The position numbers and the translations under genes were made by a program. From positions 20,774 through 84,773 of the forward strand of contig JAYZBV010000100.1 in the NCBI GenBank assembly GCA_036338595.1: a DNA stretch of 64,000 nucleotides. The letters run 5' to 3'. Origin of the DNA: Planctomycetota bacterium (GTDB lineage: Bacteria; Planctomycetota; UBA8108; UBA1146). Positions within the stretch are counted from its first letter, which is position 1, and every line of letters starts with the position of its first letter. This document shows, piece after piece, positions 8,860 through 17,340 of this stretch. Under the pieces are notes generated by a model, which was not told the DNA's origin, searched no databases, and worked only from the letters and a program-made list of their open reading frames with translations.

Positions 8860-11523
8860 CTAGTGTGTCCAGGGAGTTGGTGCGTCCGGGTCCACAGAAA
8901 GGCGTTCGATGGCAGCATTGACCTGAGCCATCTCGATGGTTCCAGATCGAGCTAATGTGGAGAGCGCTGCGATCTCGATGGCAGCCTGATCGATCTCGAA
9001 AAAGCGTCGTAGTTGCTCGCGCGTATCCGATCTCCCGAAGCCGTCCGTTCCCAGACTTGTCCACTGACAATCGACCCATGGCCGCACCATGTCGGGCAAC
9101 TCTCGGATGTGATCGGTCACTGCAATCACCGGGTCATCACTTCCACCAAGCAGTTCAGTGACCCTGGGAACTCGCGCTGTTTCCATCGGGTGGAGGAGGT
9201 TCCAGCGGTCCACCTCGAGAGCATTCCTGCGCAATTCGGTGTAGGAGGTCGCAGACCAGACTTCAGCCAGGACACCATGGTGTTCCCGTAGCGAAGCCGC
9301 CGCTGCTCTGGCGTGCGGCAATAGTGGACCGCTTCCAAGCAGGCGTACCACGGGCCCATCCCCATCGGGGGCGGGTTCGATGCGATAGAGCCCGTCGAGA
9401 ATCCCCTGGCGACATCCTTCGGGCATCGGGGGCATGTCGAGATTTTCGTTGTAGAGAGTCAGGTAGAAGAACACATCTTCCTGCTCCCCGACCATCCGTC
9501 TCATTCCTTCCTCGATGATCACCGCAACCTCGTAGGCGTAGGCCGGATCGTAGGCGACGCAGGATGGGTAGGCGCCAGCGATGATCGGACTGTGACCGTC
9601 CTGGTGTTGAAGACCTTCACCGTTGAGAGTGGTACGACCGGCAGTGGCTCCGAGCAGGAACCCACGCCCACGTCCATCGCCCAGTGCCCAGATCTGATCC
9701 CCGACTCTCTGAAACCCGAACATCGAATAAAAGATGAAGAAGGGTAGCGTCACCTCACCATGCGTCGAGTAACTGGTCGCCGAGGCGATGGTCGTGGCCA
9801 GCGACCCACATTCGCTGAGGCCCTCCTGGAGGATCTGACCATCTGCCTTTTCGGTGTAGGAGAAGAGTAGCGAGTGATCCACCGGTTCGTACTTCTGCCC
9901 TCCTGGAGCGTAGATACCCACCGCCTTGAAGAGAGCTTCCATGCCGAAGGTGCGAGCCTCGTCGGCGAGGATCGGGACGATTCTGGGGCCGATCCCCTCC
10001 GCCTTGAGTAGATCACGGAACAGACGAGCGAACGCCATCGTGGTCGACGCCTGGAGCGAACCGCTCGTGCCTTCGTGGAGTTTCTCGAACACCTGTTTGT
10101 CGGGAAGAGTGGGGGCCGCTGCGCTGGATTTCCTGCGCGGCAAGGAGCCGCCCAGCGCCGCCCTTCTGTCGAGGAGGTACTGGATTTCCGGAGAGTCGGG
10201 CCCGGGGTGGTAGTACGGAGCGGACTCAACATCCTCATCCGATATGGGAATTTCGAGCAGATCCCGAACGGCTCGCACTTGCTCACCTGCGAGTTTCTTC
10301 ATCTGATGTGAGACGTTCCTCGAAGCCGCTTGTTGTCCCAACTGATATCCCTTGATGCTCTTGGTCAGGATCACGGTCGGTCTTCCATCGGGTTGACAGG
10401 CGAGATGATAAGCCGCAGCGACCTTGCGCCGATCATGACCACCCCGTCCGAGCTGGTGCAACTGGTCGTCACTCCAGCTGGCAAGCTGGGCCTGAAGCCG
10501 TGGATCATCGCCAGTGAGCTGCTTCCTGAGCCAGGCACCGTCCTCGGCGACCGATCTCTGCCAGACTCCATCGACGATCGATTCGAGTTTGCGGATCAGC
10601 GATCCCTCGGTGTCCTGGTCGAGGATCGGATCCCACAATCGGTCCCAGATCACCTTGATCACCCGCCAACCGGCACCGTGAAAAGCTCCTTCGAGATCCT
10701 GGATGATGCTGGAGTTTCCGGTGACGGGGCCGTCGAGGCGCTGGAGGTTACAGTTGACCACGAACACGAGATTGTCGAGGTTCTCACGAGAGGCGATGCG
10801 AAGCGCACCCAGTGTCTCTGGTTCGTCACACTCTCCGTCGCCGAGAAATCCCCAGACACGCTGATCGCTGGTGTCCTTTATTTTTCGAGCAGAGAGGTAT
10901 CGATTGAAGCGCGCCTGGTAGATGGCATTGATGGGTCCCAGACCCATCGAAACGGTCGGGAACTGCCAAAAACCGGGCATCAATCGTGGGTGAGGGTAAC
11001 TGGAGAGTCCGCCTCCCCGCACTTCCTGTCGGAACCGATCGAGTTCGGATCGATCGAGGTGACCCTCGAGAAAAGCACGTGAATACATCCCCGGGCTGGC
11101 GTGGCCCTGGAAAAACACTTGATCACCGCCACCGGGGTCATCCAATCCCCGGAAGAAATGCTGCTGTCCCACCTCGTAGAGAGTCGCAGCAGATGAAAAT
11201 GTCGACAGGTGTCCACCGAGACCATCATGAAGAGCATTGGCTCTCACGACCATCGCCATGGCGTTCCACCGGACTATGTTCTCGATTCGATCCTCGAGTT
11301 CTTCATCTCCCGGATAGTCGATCTCGGCAGCTGCGCAGATGGTGTTTTGATACGGGGTCACGGCAGTGGAGCCGACTGGCAAGTGGCGCAATCGTGCGTG
11401 CCAGAGCACCTCATCGAGCAAGGCGCCCGCCCGATCCACGCCGGCGGACTCGGCGACCGAATCCACAGACTCACACCATTCCGAGGTCTCGGCAGCGCCG
11501 TTTTCATCCGGAAGATCTGGCAT
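8860..11523 (-). CDS. aceE: Pyruvate dehydrogenase E1 component, homodimeric type
   Basis: GGHLSTFSSAATLYEVG, FQGHASPG, LSSYPHP, TVSMGLG, ThDP motif GDGECDEPE...VNCNLQRLDGPV, GRTTLNGEGLQHQDG and LGTDGFGRSD. Start set at ATG 11523 behind GAGAGGAG (887 aa). Confidence 0.96.
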   Translation of the reverse strand: MPDLPDENGAAETSEWCESVDSVAESAGVDRAGALLDEVLWHARLRHLPVGSTAVTPYQNTICAAAEIDYPGDEELEDRIENIVRWNAMAMVVRANALHDGLGGHLSTFSSAATLYEVGQQHFFRGLDDPGGGDQVFFQGHASPGMYSRAFLEGHLDRSELDRFRQEVRGGGLSSYPHPRLMPGFWQFPTVSMGLGPINAIYQARFNRYLSARKIKDTSDQRVWGFLGDGECDEPETLGALRIASRENLDNLVFVVNCNLQRLDGPVTGNSSIIQDLEGAFHGAGWRVIKVIWDRLWDPILDQDTEGSLIRKLESIVDGVWQRSVAEDGAWLRKQLTGDDPRLQAQLASWSDDQLHQLGRGGHDRRKVAAAYHLACQPDGRPTVILTKSIKGYQLGQQAASRNVSHQMKKLAGEQVRAVRDLLEIPISDEDVESAPYYHPGPDSPEIQYLLDRRAALGGSLPRRKSSAAAPTLPDKQVFEKLHEGTSGSLQASTTMAFARLFRDLLKAEGIGPRIVPILADEARTFGMEALFKAVGIYAPGGQKYEPVDHSLLFSYTEKADGQILQEGLSECGSLATTIASATSYSTHGEVTLPFFIFYSMFGFQRVGDQIWALGDGRGRGFLLGATAGRTTLNGEGLQHQDGHSPIIAGAYPSCVAYDPAYAYEVAVIIEEGMRRMVGEQEDVFFYLTLYNENLDMPPMPEGCRQGILDGLYRIEPAPDGDGPVVRLLGSGPLLPHARAAAASLREHHGVLAEVWSATSYTELRRNALEVDRWNLLHPMETARVPRVTELLGGSDDPVIAVTDHIRELPDMVRPWVDCQWTSLGTDGFGRSDTREQLRRFFEIDQAAIEIAALSTLARSGTIEMAQVNAAIERLSVDPDAPTPWTH

Positions 11524-11549
11524 GGAATCGATTCTCCTCTCCATCGGAC

Positions 11550-11759
11550 TCAGTCCTGGGGGGAATCTTCCGATTCGGGAAGGATCACGGGTATTCCGTC
11601 CACGACCGGAAAGACCCGCTCGCAGCCGGTGCAGCCGAGGCCATCTTGGCGCTGTTCCAGTGCACGATGTTCGTCGCAGGGGCAACAGAGCAGCGAGAGC
11701 AGGGCAGGATCGACCCCTGGTCGGGCATCGTCGGGTGTTGCCGCGCCAGCGTCGGTCAT
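11550..11759 (-). CDS. Trm112/YcaR-like small Zn-ribbon protein
   Basis: 69 aa, VDPALLSLLCCPC...GLGCTGCERVFPVVDGIPVIL. AAAGGAAG RBS before ATG 11759. Confidence 0.85.
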   Translation of the reverse strand: MTDAGAATPDDARPGVDPALLSLLCCPCDEHRALEQRQDGLGCTGCERVFPVVDGIPVILPESEDSPQD

Positions 11760-11984
11760 CGGGCTCTTCCTTTCGGCCATCTCGATCCTTCCGGAGCGGG
11801 AACCGGGGTGGCACTCAGCGCTACGGATCTCTAGAGTAGTCGATTCTCCGAGAACCTCACCAGAGGGCAACCGAATCGGCGACGACTGCCGACCAGAGAA
11901 GAGGACTTCGTTGCGATCTGCGTCGATCTTGAGCCGATTTTCGTGGATGCGAAGAAATTCCAATTCCGTCTCCGGAGACTGCTG

Positions 11985-12713
11985 ATGGCCACCCTCCAGC
12001 TGGTAGAGGGGGTCTTGTTGCGGCGCTACAAGAGGTTCCTGGCAGACTGTCATCTTCCCGATCATGGCGAAGTGCTCGCCCACTGCCCCAATCCTGGAAG
12101 CATGAAGACTCTCATCGATGGGGAGCCGCGTGCCTGGCTCAGGCATGTCCCAAAACCTGAACGAAAATTGAAGTGGACTCTGACCTTGATCGAAGTGGGT
12201 CCGGGGGGACAGGCACTCGTCGATACATCGCTTCCCAACGGCATCGTCGTCGATGGCATCCTGGCGCGACGCGTACCGAGGATCGAACCGATCGGTCATC
12301 TACGTCAAGAGGTGGTCATCGGAAAGGGATCTCGCCTCGATATTGTCCTGGGAGACCAACCTCGGCCGGATCAGAATTCAGGTCAGATCTTCATCGAGGT
12401 CAAAAATGTCACGATGCGATCATCCCAGCTGCCAGAACGTGCGGATTTCCCCGATTCGGTGACGGTTCGGGGCAGGAAGCACCTCGATGTGCTGACCTCC
12501 CTCTCGAAGGAGGGCAAGAGGTCGGTGCTGTTTCTACTGCTGGGTCGGACCGATTGCCATCGAGTAGGATTTGCCTGCGACATCGATCCTGATTACTGCA
12601 AGGCTCTCAAGAGCGCGGTTGCTGCCGGGGTGGAGGTGGTGTCGCACCGAATCAATGTTGAGGACTCCGAAATCACGCTCGGCGAAGAGGTTGAAGTGGA
12701 CCTTCCACGGTGA
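11985..12713 (+). CDS. sfsA: DNA/RNA nuclease SfsA (sugar fermentation stimulation protein)
   Basis: RRYKRFLAD, AHCPNPGSM, RKLKWTL, SRLDI, FIEVKNVT and FPDSVTVRGRKHL. GGAG RBS before ATG 11985. Confidence 0.93.
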   Translation: MATLQLVEGVLLRRYKRFLADCHLPDHGEVLAHCPNPGSMKTLIDGEPRAWLRHVPKPERKLKWTLTLIEVGPGGQALVDTSLPNGIVVDGILARRVPRIEPIGHLRQEVVIGKGSRLDIVLGDQPRPDQNSGQIFIEVKNVTMRSSQLPERADFPDSVTVRGRKHLDVLTSLSKEGKRSVLFLLLGRTDCHRVGFACDIDPDYCKALKSAVAAGVEVVSHRINVEDSEITLGEEVEVDLPR

Positions 12714-12788
12714 ATCGCATCAGAAGCCGCTTGGCCTCGAAGCCACTTGTGCCGTATTCTTTTCGATCTCCCCTGTCTGGAGGCGCAA

Positions 12789-13877
12789 TTGAGTGATACC
12801 GAGTGTGAAATCTCCATCGATCTTCTCCGCGAACTGAGTCTCGCGTCGGGGCCACCTGGTGCAGAGGACGAGGTGCGCGCGATCGTCCATCGAGAACTGG
12901 GGTCGCTCGGCACTCTCCAGCACGACGCCCATGGGAGTGTCATCGTGGAGGGGTCAGGGCAAGGACCTCGCATTGCGCTGGATGCACATATGGACGAGGT
13001 GGGATTCGCGGTGCAATCGATCGATGATGAGGGCCGGATTCACTTCGTGCCGCTGGGAGGCTGGTGGGGGCATGTGTTGCTGGCGCAGAGGGTAGATATT
13101 CTCGCTTCCGGTGGCAGAAAGATTCCCGGTTCGATCGGCTGCAAGCCCCCACATTTCCTCAAGAAGTCTGAACGTGAGAAGGTTCTCTCACTAGAAGATA
13201 TGCACATCGATGTCGGTGCTCGTAGTCGTTCTGATCTCGAGGAGTGGGGTGTGCTCGTGGGAGATCCCATCTGTCCAAGGGGACAGTTCGAGCCGCTGGC
13301 AGCAGATGGCCGCTATTGCTGCAAGGCGTTCGACGATCGAGTTGGCGTGGGAGTGCTCATCGAGTCCTTTCGAATTTTGAACACCGCTACCGATCTCGCA
13401 TGTCAGCCGATTGCAGTCGCTGCTGTACAGGAGGAGGTGGGGTGTCGCGGAGCCAGAACTGCCAGCGCCATCAGTCAGCCAGATGTTGGGATCATCCTGG
13501 AAGGAACTCCAGCTGACGATCTACCCGGAATGAAGTCCAGGCAGTCGGTTCTCGGGGCTGGACCCCAGATCAGATTTCTGGATCCGACCGCACTCTCCAA
13601 CAGGAGACTGGTTCGCCTCTGCGAGCAGGTTGCTGCAAAGGAGGAGATTCAGGTTCAGATGGCGGTTCGGCGCAGTGGTGGAACAGATGCTTCGACGACT
13701 CATCTGCATGGGAGTGGAGTTCCGACGATTGTCATCGGTGTTCCAGCCAGGTCGATCCACAGTCATTCAAGCATCATCGACTTCGACGATTATCAGCAAG
13801 CGATCAAACTGGTCGTCGCATTGGCGAGGCAACTGGACACAGATTCGGTCAGGTCACTGACCGACTACTCTTCGTAG
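12789..13877 (+). CDS. M42 family (TET/glutamyl-aminopeptidase-like) metallopeptidase
   Basis: ALDAHMDEVG, PLGGWWGHVLLAQ, KAFDDRVG, QEEVGCRGA, GGTDA and RSIHSH. TTG start behind GGAGG. Confidence 0.92.
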   Translation: MSDTECEISIDLLRELSLASGPPGAEDEVRAIVHRELGSLGTLQHDAHGSVIVEGSGQGPRIALDAHMDEVGFAVQSIDDEGRIHFVPLGGWWGHVLLAQRVDILASGGRKIPGSIGCKPPHFLKKSEREKVLSLEDMHIDVGARSRSDLEEWGVLVGDPICPRGQFEPLAADGRYCCKAFDDRVGVGVLIESFRILNTATDLACQPIAVAAVQEEVGCRGARTASAISQPDVGIILEGTPADDLPGMKSRQSVLGAGPQIRFLDPTALSNRRLVRLCEQVAAKEEIQVQMAVRRSGGTDASTTHLHGSGVPTIVIGVPARSIHSHSSIIDFDDYQQAIKLVVALARQLDTDSVRSLTDYSS

Positions 13878-16375
13878 CTGACCTCGATGCCGCTATCGAA
13901 GCAGATTCTCTCTATCTCCTTGCGTCGTTTGATACGCGCATTTGGCAACTCATCTCCGCGCTGATCCAGTTCCTGGAGAATCAACATCGCTTCGTCGTGC
14001 CTTCCAGCGAGCGCGTCAATCCTGACCCTTGCTTCCAGTGCGCTGAACTGGAACTCATGCGAGATCTCTCTCGTGTTCATCGTCGTACCCGCTTCCAGAA
14101 GCAGTTTCTGGGCATCTGCATCGCGTCCGCTTCGTAGCAGGATCGACGCCAGGCGCGCAAAGGAGCGCGCGCACAGCGGATGCTGGATGACATGCAGTTG
14201 CCTGACTGCCAGCAAGGCGGATCTAGCACTCTGCTCCGCTCCTTCAAAGTCTCCGATACGCTGCTGACAGCAAGCCAGCGCTCGATAGTGCCTCGAAGTG
14301 AAGTCAGATTTTTCTCCACGAAGTGAAATCTGGAGATGGACGGAGTGGGTCAGGTCTTCCAGCGCTGCAGTGAGTTCTTCCTGAGTTTCATCTCCTGAAG
14401 GGATATCCAGGATCGTTCCGGCCCGATGCAACAAGCAGGTCGCCAGAAGGTCGGGTTGGTCATCGCCGATGACCGATATCGCTTCATCGAGGATCTCTCG
14501 CGCTTCCTCACGGTATCCCTGGAGCGCTATCGAGTGCGATAGCGTCAGCAACTGCGGAGCCCTTTCTGATCTTGGTTCTGAGGGAAGAGTGATCAACAGG
14601 TCCCTGACGATCTCCTCCGCCTGCGCGTGATCCCCACGTATATTGAGCAGATCAGCCAGTTCGTGCTGGATTTCGAGAGTACAGGAGACTGGAGCATCCG
14701 CCGGTACTGACTCGAGCGCCGCCTGTAGCGATTTCTCCGCTTCAGAGAGTCGCCTGAGCAACTTGCGGGCGCGGGCCAGTTTTCTGAACGCTTCCACTCG
14801 TTCCTCGGGGGCCCAGTATGGGTGCTCCTCTCGAAGCGCTGTTTCTGCCTCGAGCAACTCGGCGGCACGCTCTGCAGCTCCTGTCTGGAGCAGGATCGAA
14901 GCCAACGAACCGAGCAGCGTTGCACGGGTCTGAGGCTGCTCATCGAGACCATAGAGTAGATCTCTGGCGCCCCGGTCCAGCAGTTCATGTGCGGTGATCC
15001 GGTGCAACGATGGATTTTCGCCCGATTCCTGGAGGAACAATTCGGTCAAGAAATCGGTGACCTCTCGCGAACGCTTGGCCTGCTCCTGCGCTTTTATTGC
15101 TTCTTCTGCTGCGTTGGCCCTGGCTCGAAGTACTCCTCGGAGCATCGTGGAAATTTCTCCTGCGCTGCGCGGGCGATCGGATTCATTGCGTTGCATCGCC
15201 TGGCGACAGATTTCCGCCAGGTCGTCGGGGGCATCGGGATCCATCTCCTGGACATCACTGGGCCCGCCCTTTTGAAGCAAGCGCAACACCCTGTGACCGG
15301 GTAGCGGCGCATCGCCGGTGCGATACGGTGGGCGCCCCGTGAGCATCTCGTAGAGGAGTGCGCCGATCGCATAGACATCGGTCCAGGGACCTATCTCTCC
15401 CTCCTCTGGATTTGCCTGTTCCGGAGACATGTAGGAGGGGGTGCCGACGACTGCACTGTCTCGAGTGATGACAGTGGATCCGGAGAGGGACGACGAAAGG
15501 CTGTCGGAGAGGATGTCCACGATCGGCTCATCATCGACATCGGCAAGGATTCGTGCGAGTCCCCAGTCCATCACATAGACCTCTCCGAAGCGTCCTACCA
15601 TGATGTTCGCAGGTTTCACATCGCGGTGAATGATGCCTCTCGAGTGTGCATATTCGAGGGTGTCGCAGACCTTCAGCAATACTTCCAGCAGCCGAGTACG
15701 ATCCCAACCATCGGTTCCGTCCCTGGCAAATCGAATGCAGTCTTTCAGCTCCCGGCCATGAACTCTGTCCATGGTGAAATAGAAGCGACCATCCGCGTCG
15801 CTGTTCAACTCATGCACCGGGACGATTCCGGGGTGAGCGAGTTGGGCTGTGACTCGTGCCTCTCGTAGAAATCTGCGCAATCTCTGAGGGGGTGCATCTC
15901 CGCTTTCGTTGCCGAGCACGACCTTCATCGCAAGATCTCGTTGCAGCACGGGATCGGAAACACTCAAGACAGCACCCATGCCTCCACGAGCAATCTCTTC
16001 AAGGAAGTCATATCTACCATCGAGACGGGGGGTCAGCGGAACCACATCTTGAGATTGGCCTGCAGAACTGAGATCCAGTTCATCGCTATATCTATCCAGC
16101 AGTTTTTCGGCCAACCCTGCGGGCAACTTGCTGTCTGCACTTGGCTTGCCTGGTTGAGCCAATCTCTCGTCACGGCGGCGATGATATTCCTGCAACTGTT
16201 GTTGCAGGTCTCCGGCCATCTGCGGATTTTCCTGGCAGGCTCGATCAATCGCTGCCTCGATCGCATCGGTGCCACCGAGCAATCGAGCGAAAAGGAGTTC
16301 TGCAGGGGAGAGGGGGGCATGGCCATCATCTGCATGAGGCTCGGGCTCGGTAGCCAATTGACGCTTCCAATCCAA
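13865..16375 (-). CDS. Hanks-type Ser/Thr protein kinase with C-terminal TPR repeats
   Basis: IARGGMGAV, AMK, REAR, HRDVKPANIM, DWGLAR, GTPSYMSPEQ and DVYAIG, followed by TPR-like helical repeats. Confidence 0.93.
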   Translation of the reverse strand: MDWKRQLATEPEPHADDGHAPLSPAELLFARLLGGTDAIEAAIDRACQENPQMAGDLQQQLQEYHRRRDERLAQPGKPSADSKLPAGLAEKLLDRYSDELDLSSAGQSQDVVPLTPRLDGRYDFLEEIARGGMGAVLSVSDPVLQRDLAMKVVLGNESGDAPPQRLRRFLREARVTAQLAHPGIVPVHELNSDADGRFYFTMDRVHGRELKDCIRFARDGTDGWDRTRLLEVLLKVCDTLEYAHSRGIIHRDVKPANIMVGRFGEVYVMDWGLARILADVDDEPIVDILSDSLSSSLSGSTVITRDSAVVGTPSYMSPEQANPEEGEIGPWTDVYAIGALLYEMLTGRPPYRTGDAPLPGHRVLRLLQKGGPSDVQEMDPDAPDDLAEICRQAMQRNESDRPRSAGEISTMLRGVLRARANAAEEAIKAQEQAKRSREVTDFLTELFLQESGENPSLHRITAHELLDRGARDLLYGLDEQPQTRATLLGSLASILLQTGAAERAAELLEAETALREEHPYWAPEERVEAFRKLARARKLLRRLSEAEKSLQAALESVPADAPVSCTLEIQHELADLLNIRGDHAQAEEIVRDLLITLPSEPRSERAPQLLTLSHSIALQGYREEAREILDEAISVIGDDQPDLLATCLLHRAGTILDIPSGDETQEELTAALEDLTHSVHLQISLRGEKSDFTSRHYRALACCQQRIGDFEGAEQSARSALLAVRQLHVIQHPLCARSFARLASILLRSGRDADAQKLLLEAGTTMNTREISHEFQFSALEARVRIDALAGRHDEAMLILQELDQRGDELPNARIKRRKEIERICFDSGIEVSYEE

Positions 16376-16451
16376 CCGGGACGCTCCACCACGGAGTCAG
16401 GGGTGTGAATTTTGATCCAGCCTGATATATCATGACGCAAGGGAGACGACC

Positions 16452-17186
16452 ATGACAGATCCAGTGCCACCCGACGCCGAAGATGCTCAGGTATCGCCCG
16501 ATGAGGAGCCGCAGGCGGATTCCCCAGGCGATGCGGGATCGGATGATCATAGTTCCATCGAGTGGTTGCAGAAATTTGCTGATGGCGACGAAGCCGCATT
16601 TGAGCACCTTCTGGCAGATGAATTGCCGAAGTTACGTCGTCGTGTCGAGGATCGGCTGGGCGTTGACTTGCGTCGACGCATCGATCCCAGCGATGTGCTG
16701 CAGCAAGCCGCTCTGGATGTATATCAGCTTCGTGACGCCTTCGAGGATCGTGGACTTCCAGCCTTCAGGGCATGGCTGAAGACGGTCACCTTCAATAACT
16801 TGAATCGACTGATCGAGAAGGAACTGGCACAGAAGCGAGATCCAAGACGAGAGAAGAGAAGGGCGATGGAAGCCGGTGCGAGCCGTTCGCTCGATCCTCT
16901 GGGAAACCTGGCGGCTTCCATATCATCTCCATCGGCCGGGCTGCATCGCCAGGAGGCGCTGGAACTGCTCGAAAACTGCCTGGATATGCTCTCCGATGAT
17001 GACCGGGATCTGCTTCGCTGGATCGATGAAGAAGGCATCGGCTACGAGGAGGTCGCTCGTAGGCTCACCGTCAACATCGACGCTGCTCGTCGCCGTCACA
17101 GTCGAGCCATCGCGAGACTGAGAAAACTGGCGGATACGATGCGAGGTGAGATTCCAGCCCCTGACCCAGATGCCGACGAGGAGTGA
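16452..17186 (+). CDS. ECF-type RNA polymerase sigma factor
   Basis: GDEAAFEHL, IDPSDVLQQ, FRAWLKTV, KRDPRRE and sigma4 region (LSDDDRDLL...GYEEVARRL...RHSRAIARLR). Divergent from the kinase gene. Confidence 0.9.
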   Translation: MTDPVPPDAEDAQVSPDEEPQADSPGDAGSDDHSSIEWLQKFADGDEAAFEHLLADELPKLRRRVEDRLGVDLRRRIDPSDVLQQAALDVYQLRDAFEDRGLPAFRAWLKTVTFNNLNRLIEKELAQKRDPRREKRRAMEAGASRSLDPLGNLAASISSPSAGLHRQEALELLENCLDMLSDDDRDLLRWIDEEGIGYEEVARRLTVNIDAARRRHSRAIARLRKLADTMRGEIPAPDPDADEE

Positions 17187-17233
17187 CGAGGACCACATTT
17201 GCAAGAATCCTGCGACTCACCTTCCATGTGACC

Positions 17234-17261
17234 TTGACCATTTGATCTTGAGACCTAGCAT
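17234..17261 (+). promoter_or_regulatory. Putative sigma70-like promoter for kgd/sucA
   Basis: TTGACC-16 nt-TAGCAT, about 80 nt upstream of GTG 17341. Confidence 0.4.
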
Positions 17262-17340
17262 CGGGCTGCAGGCCTGAGCGACGGGTTTGCCTTTTCCGGT
17301 ACATGGATGGCCGGACATCACCCCCATCGGGAGGATCACC

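Noticed and set aside
11524..11814. 97-aa N-terminal extension of the aceE ORF in the ORF track
   Set aside because: It overlaps the Trm112-like gene. ATG 11523 has a good RBS and gives a normal 887-aa AceE.
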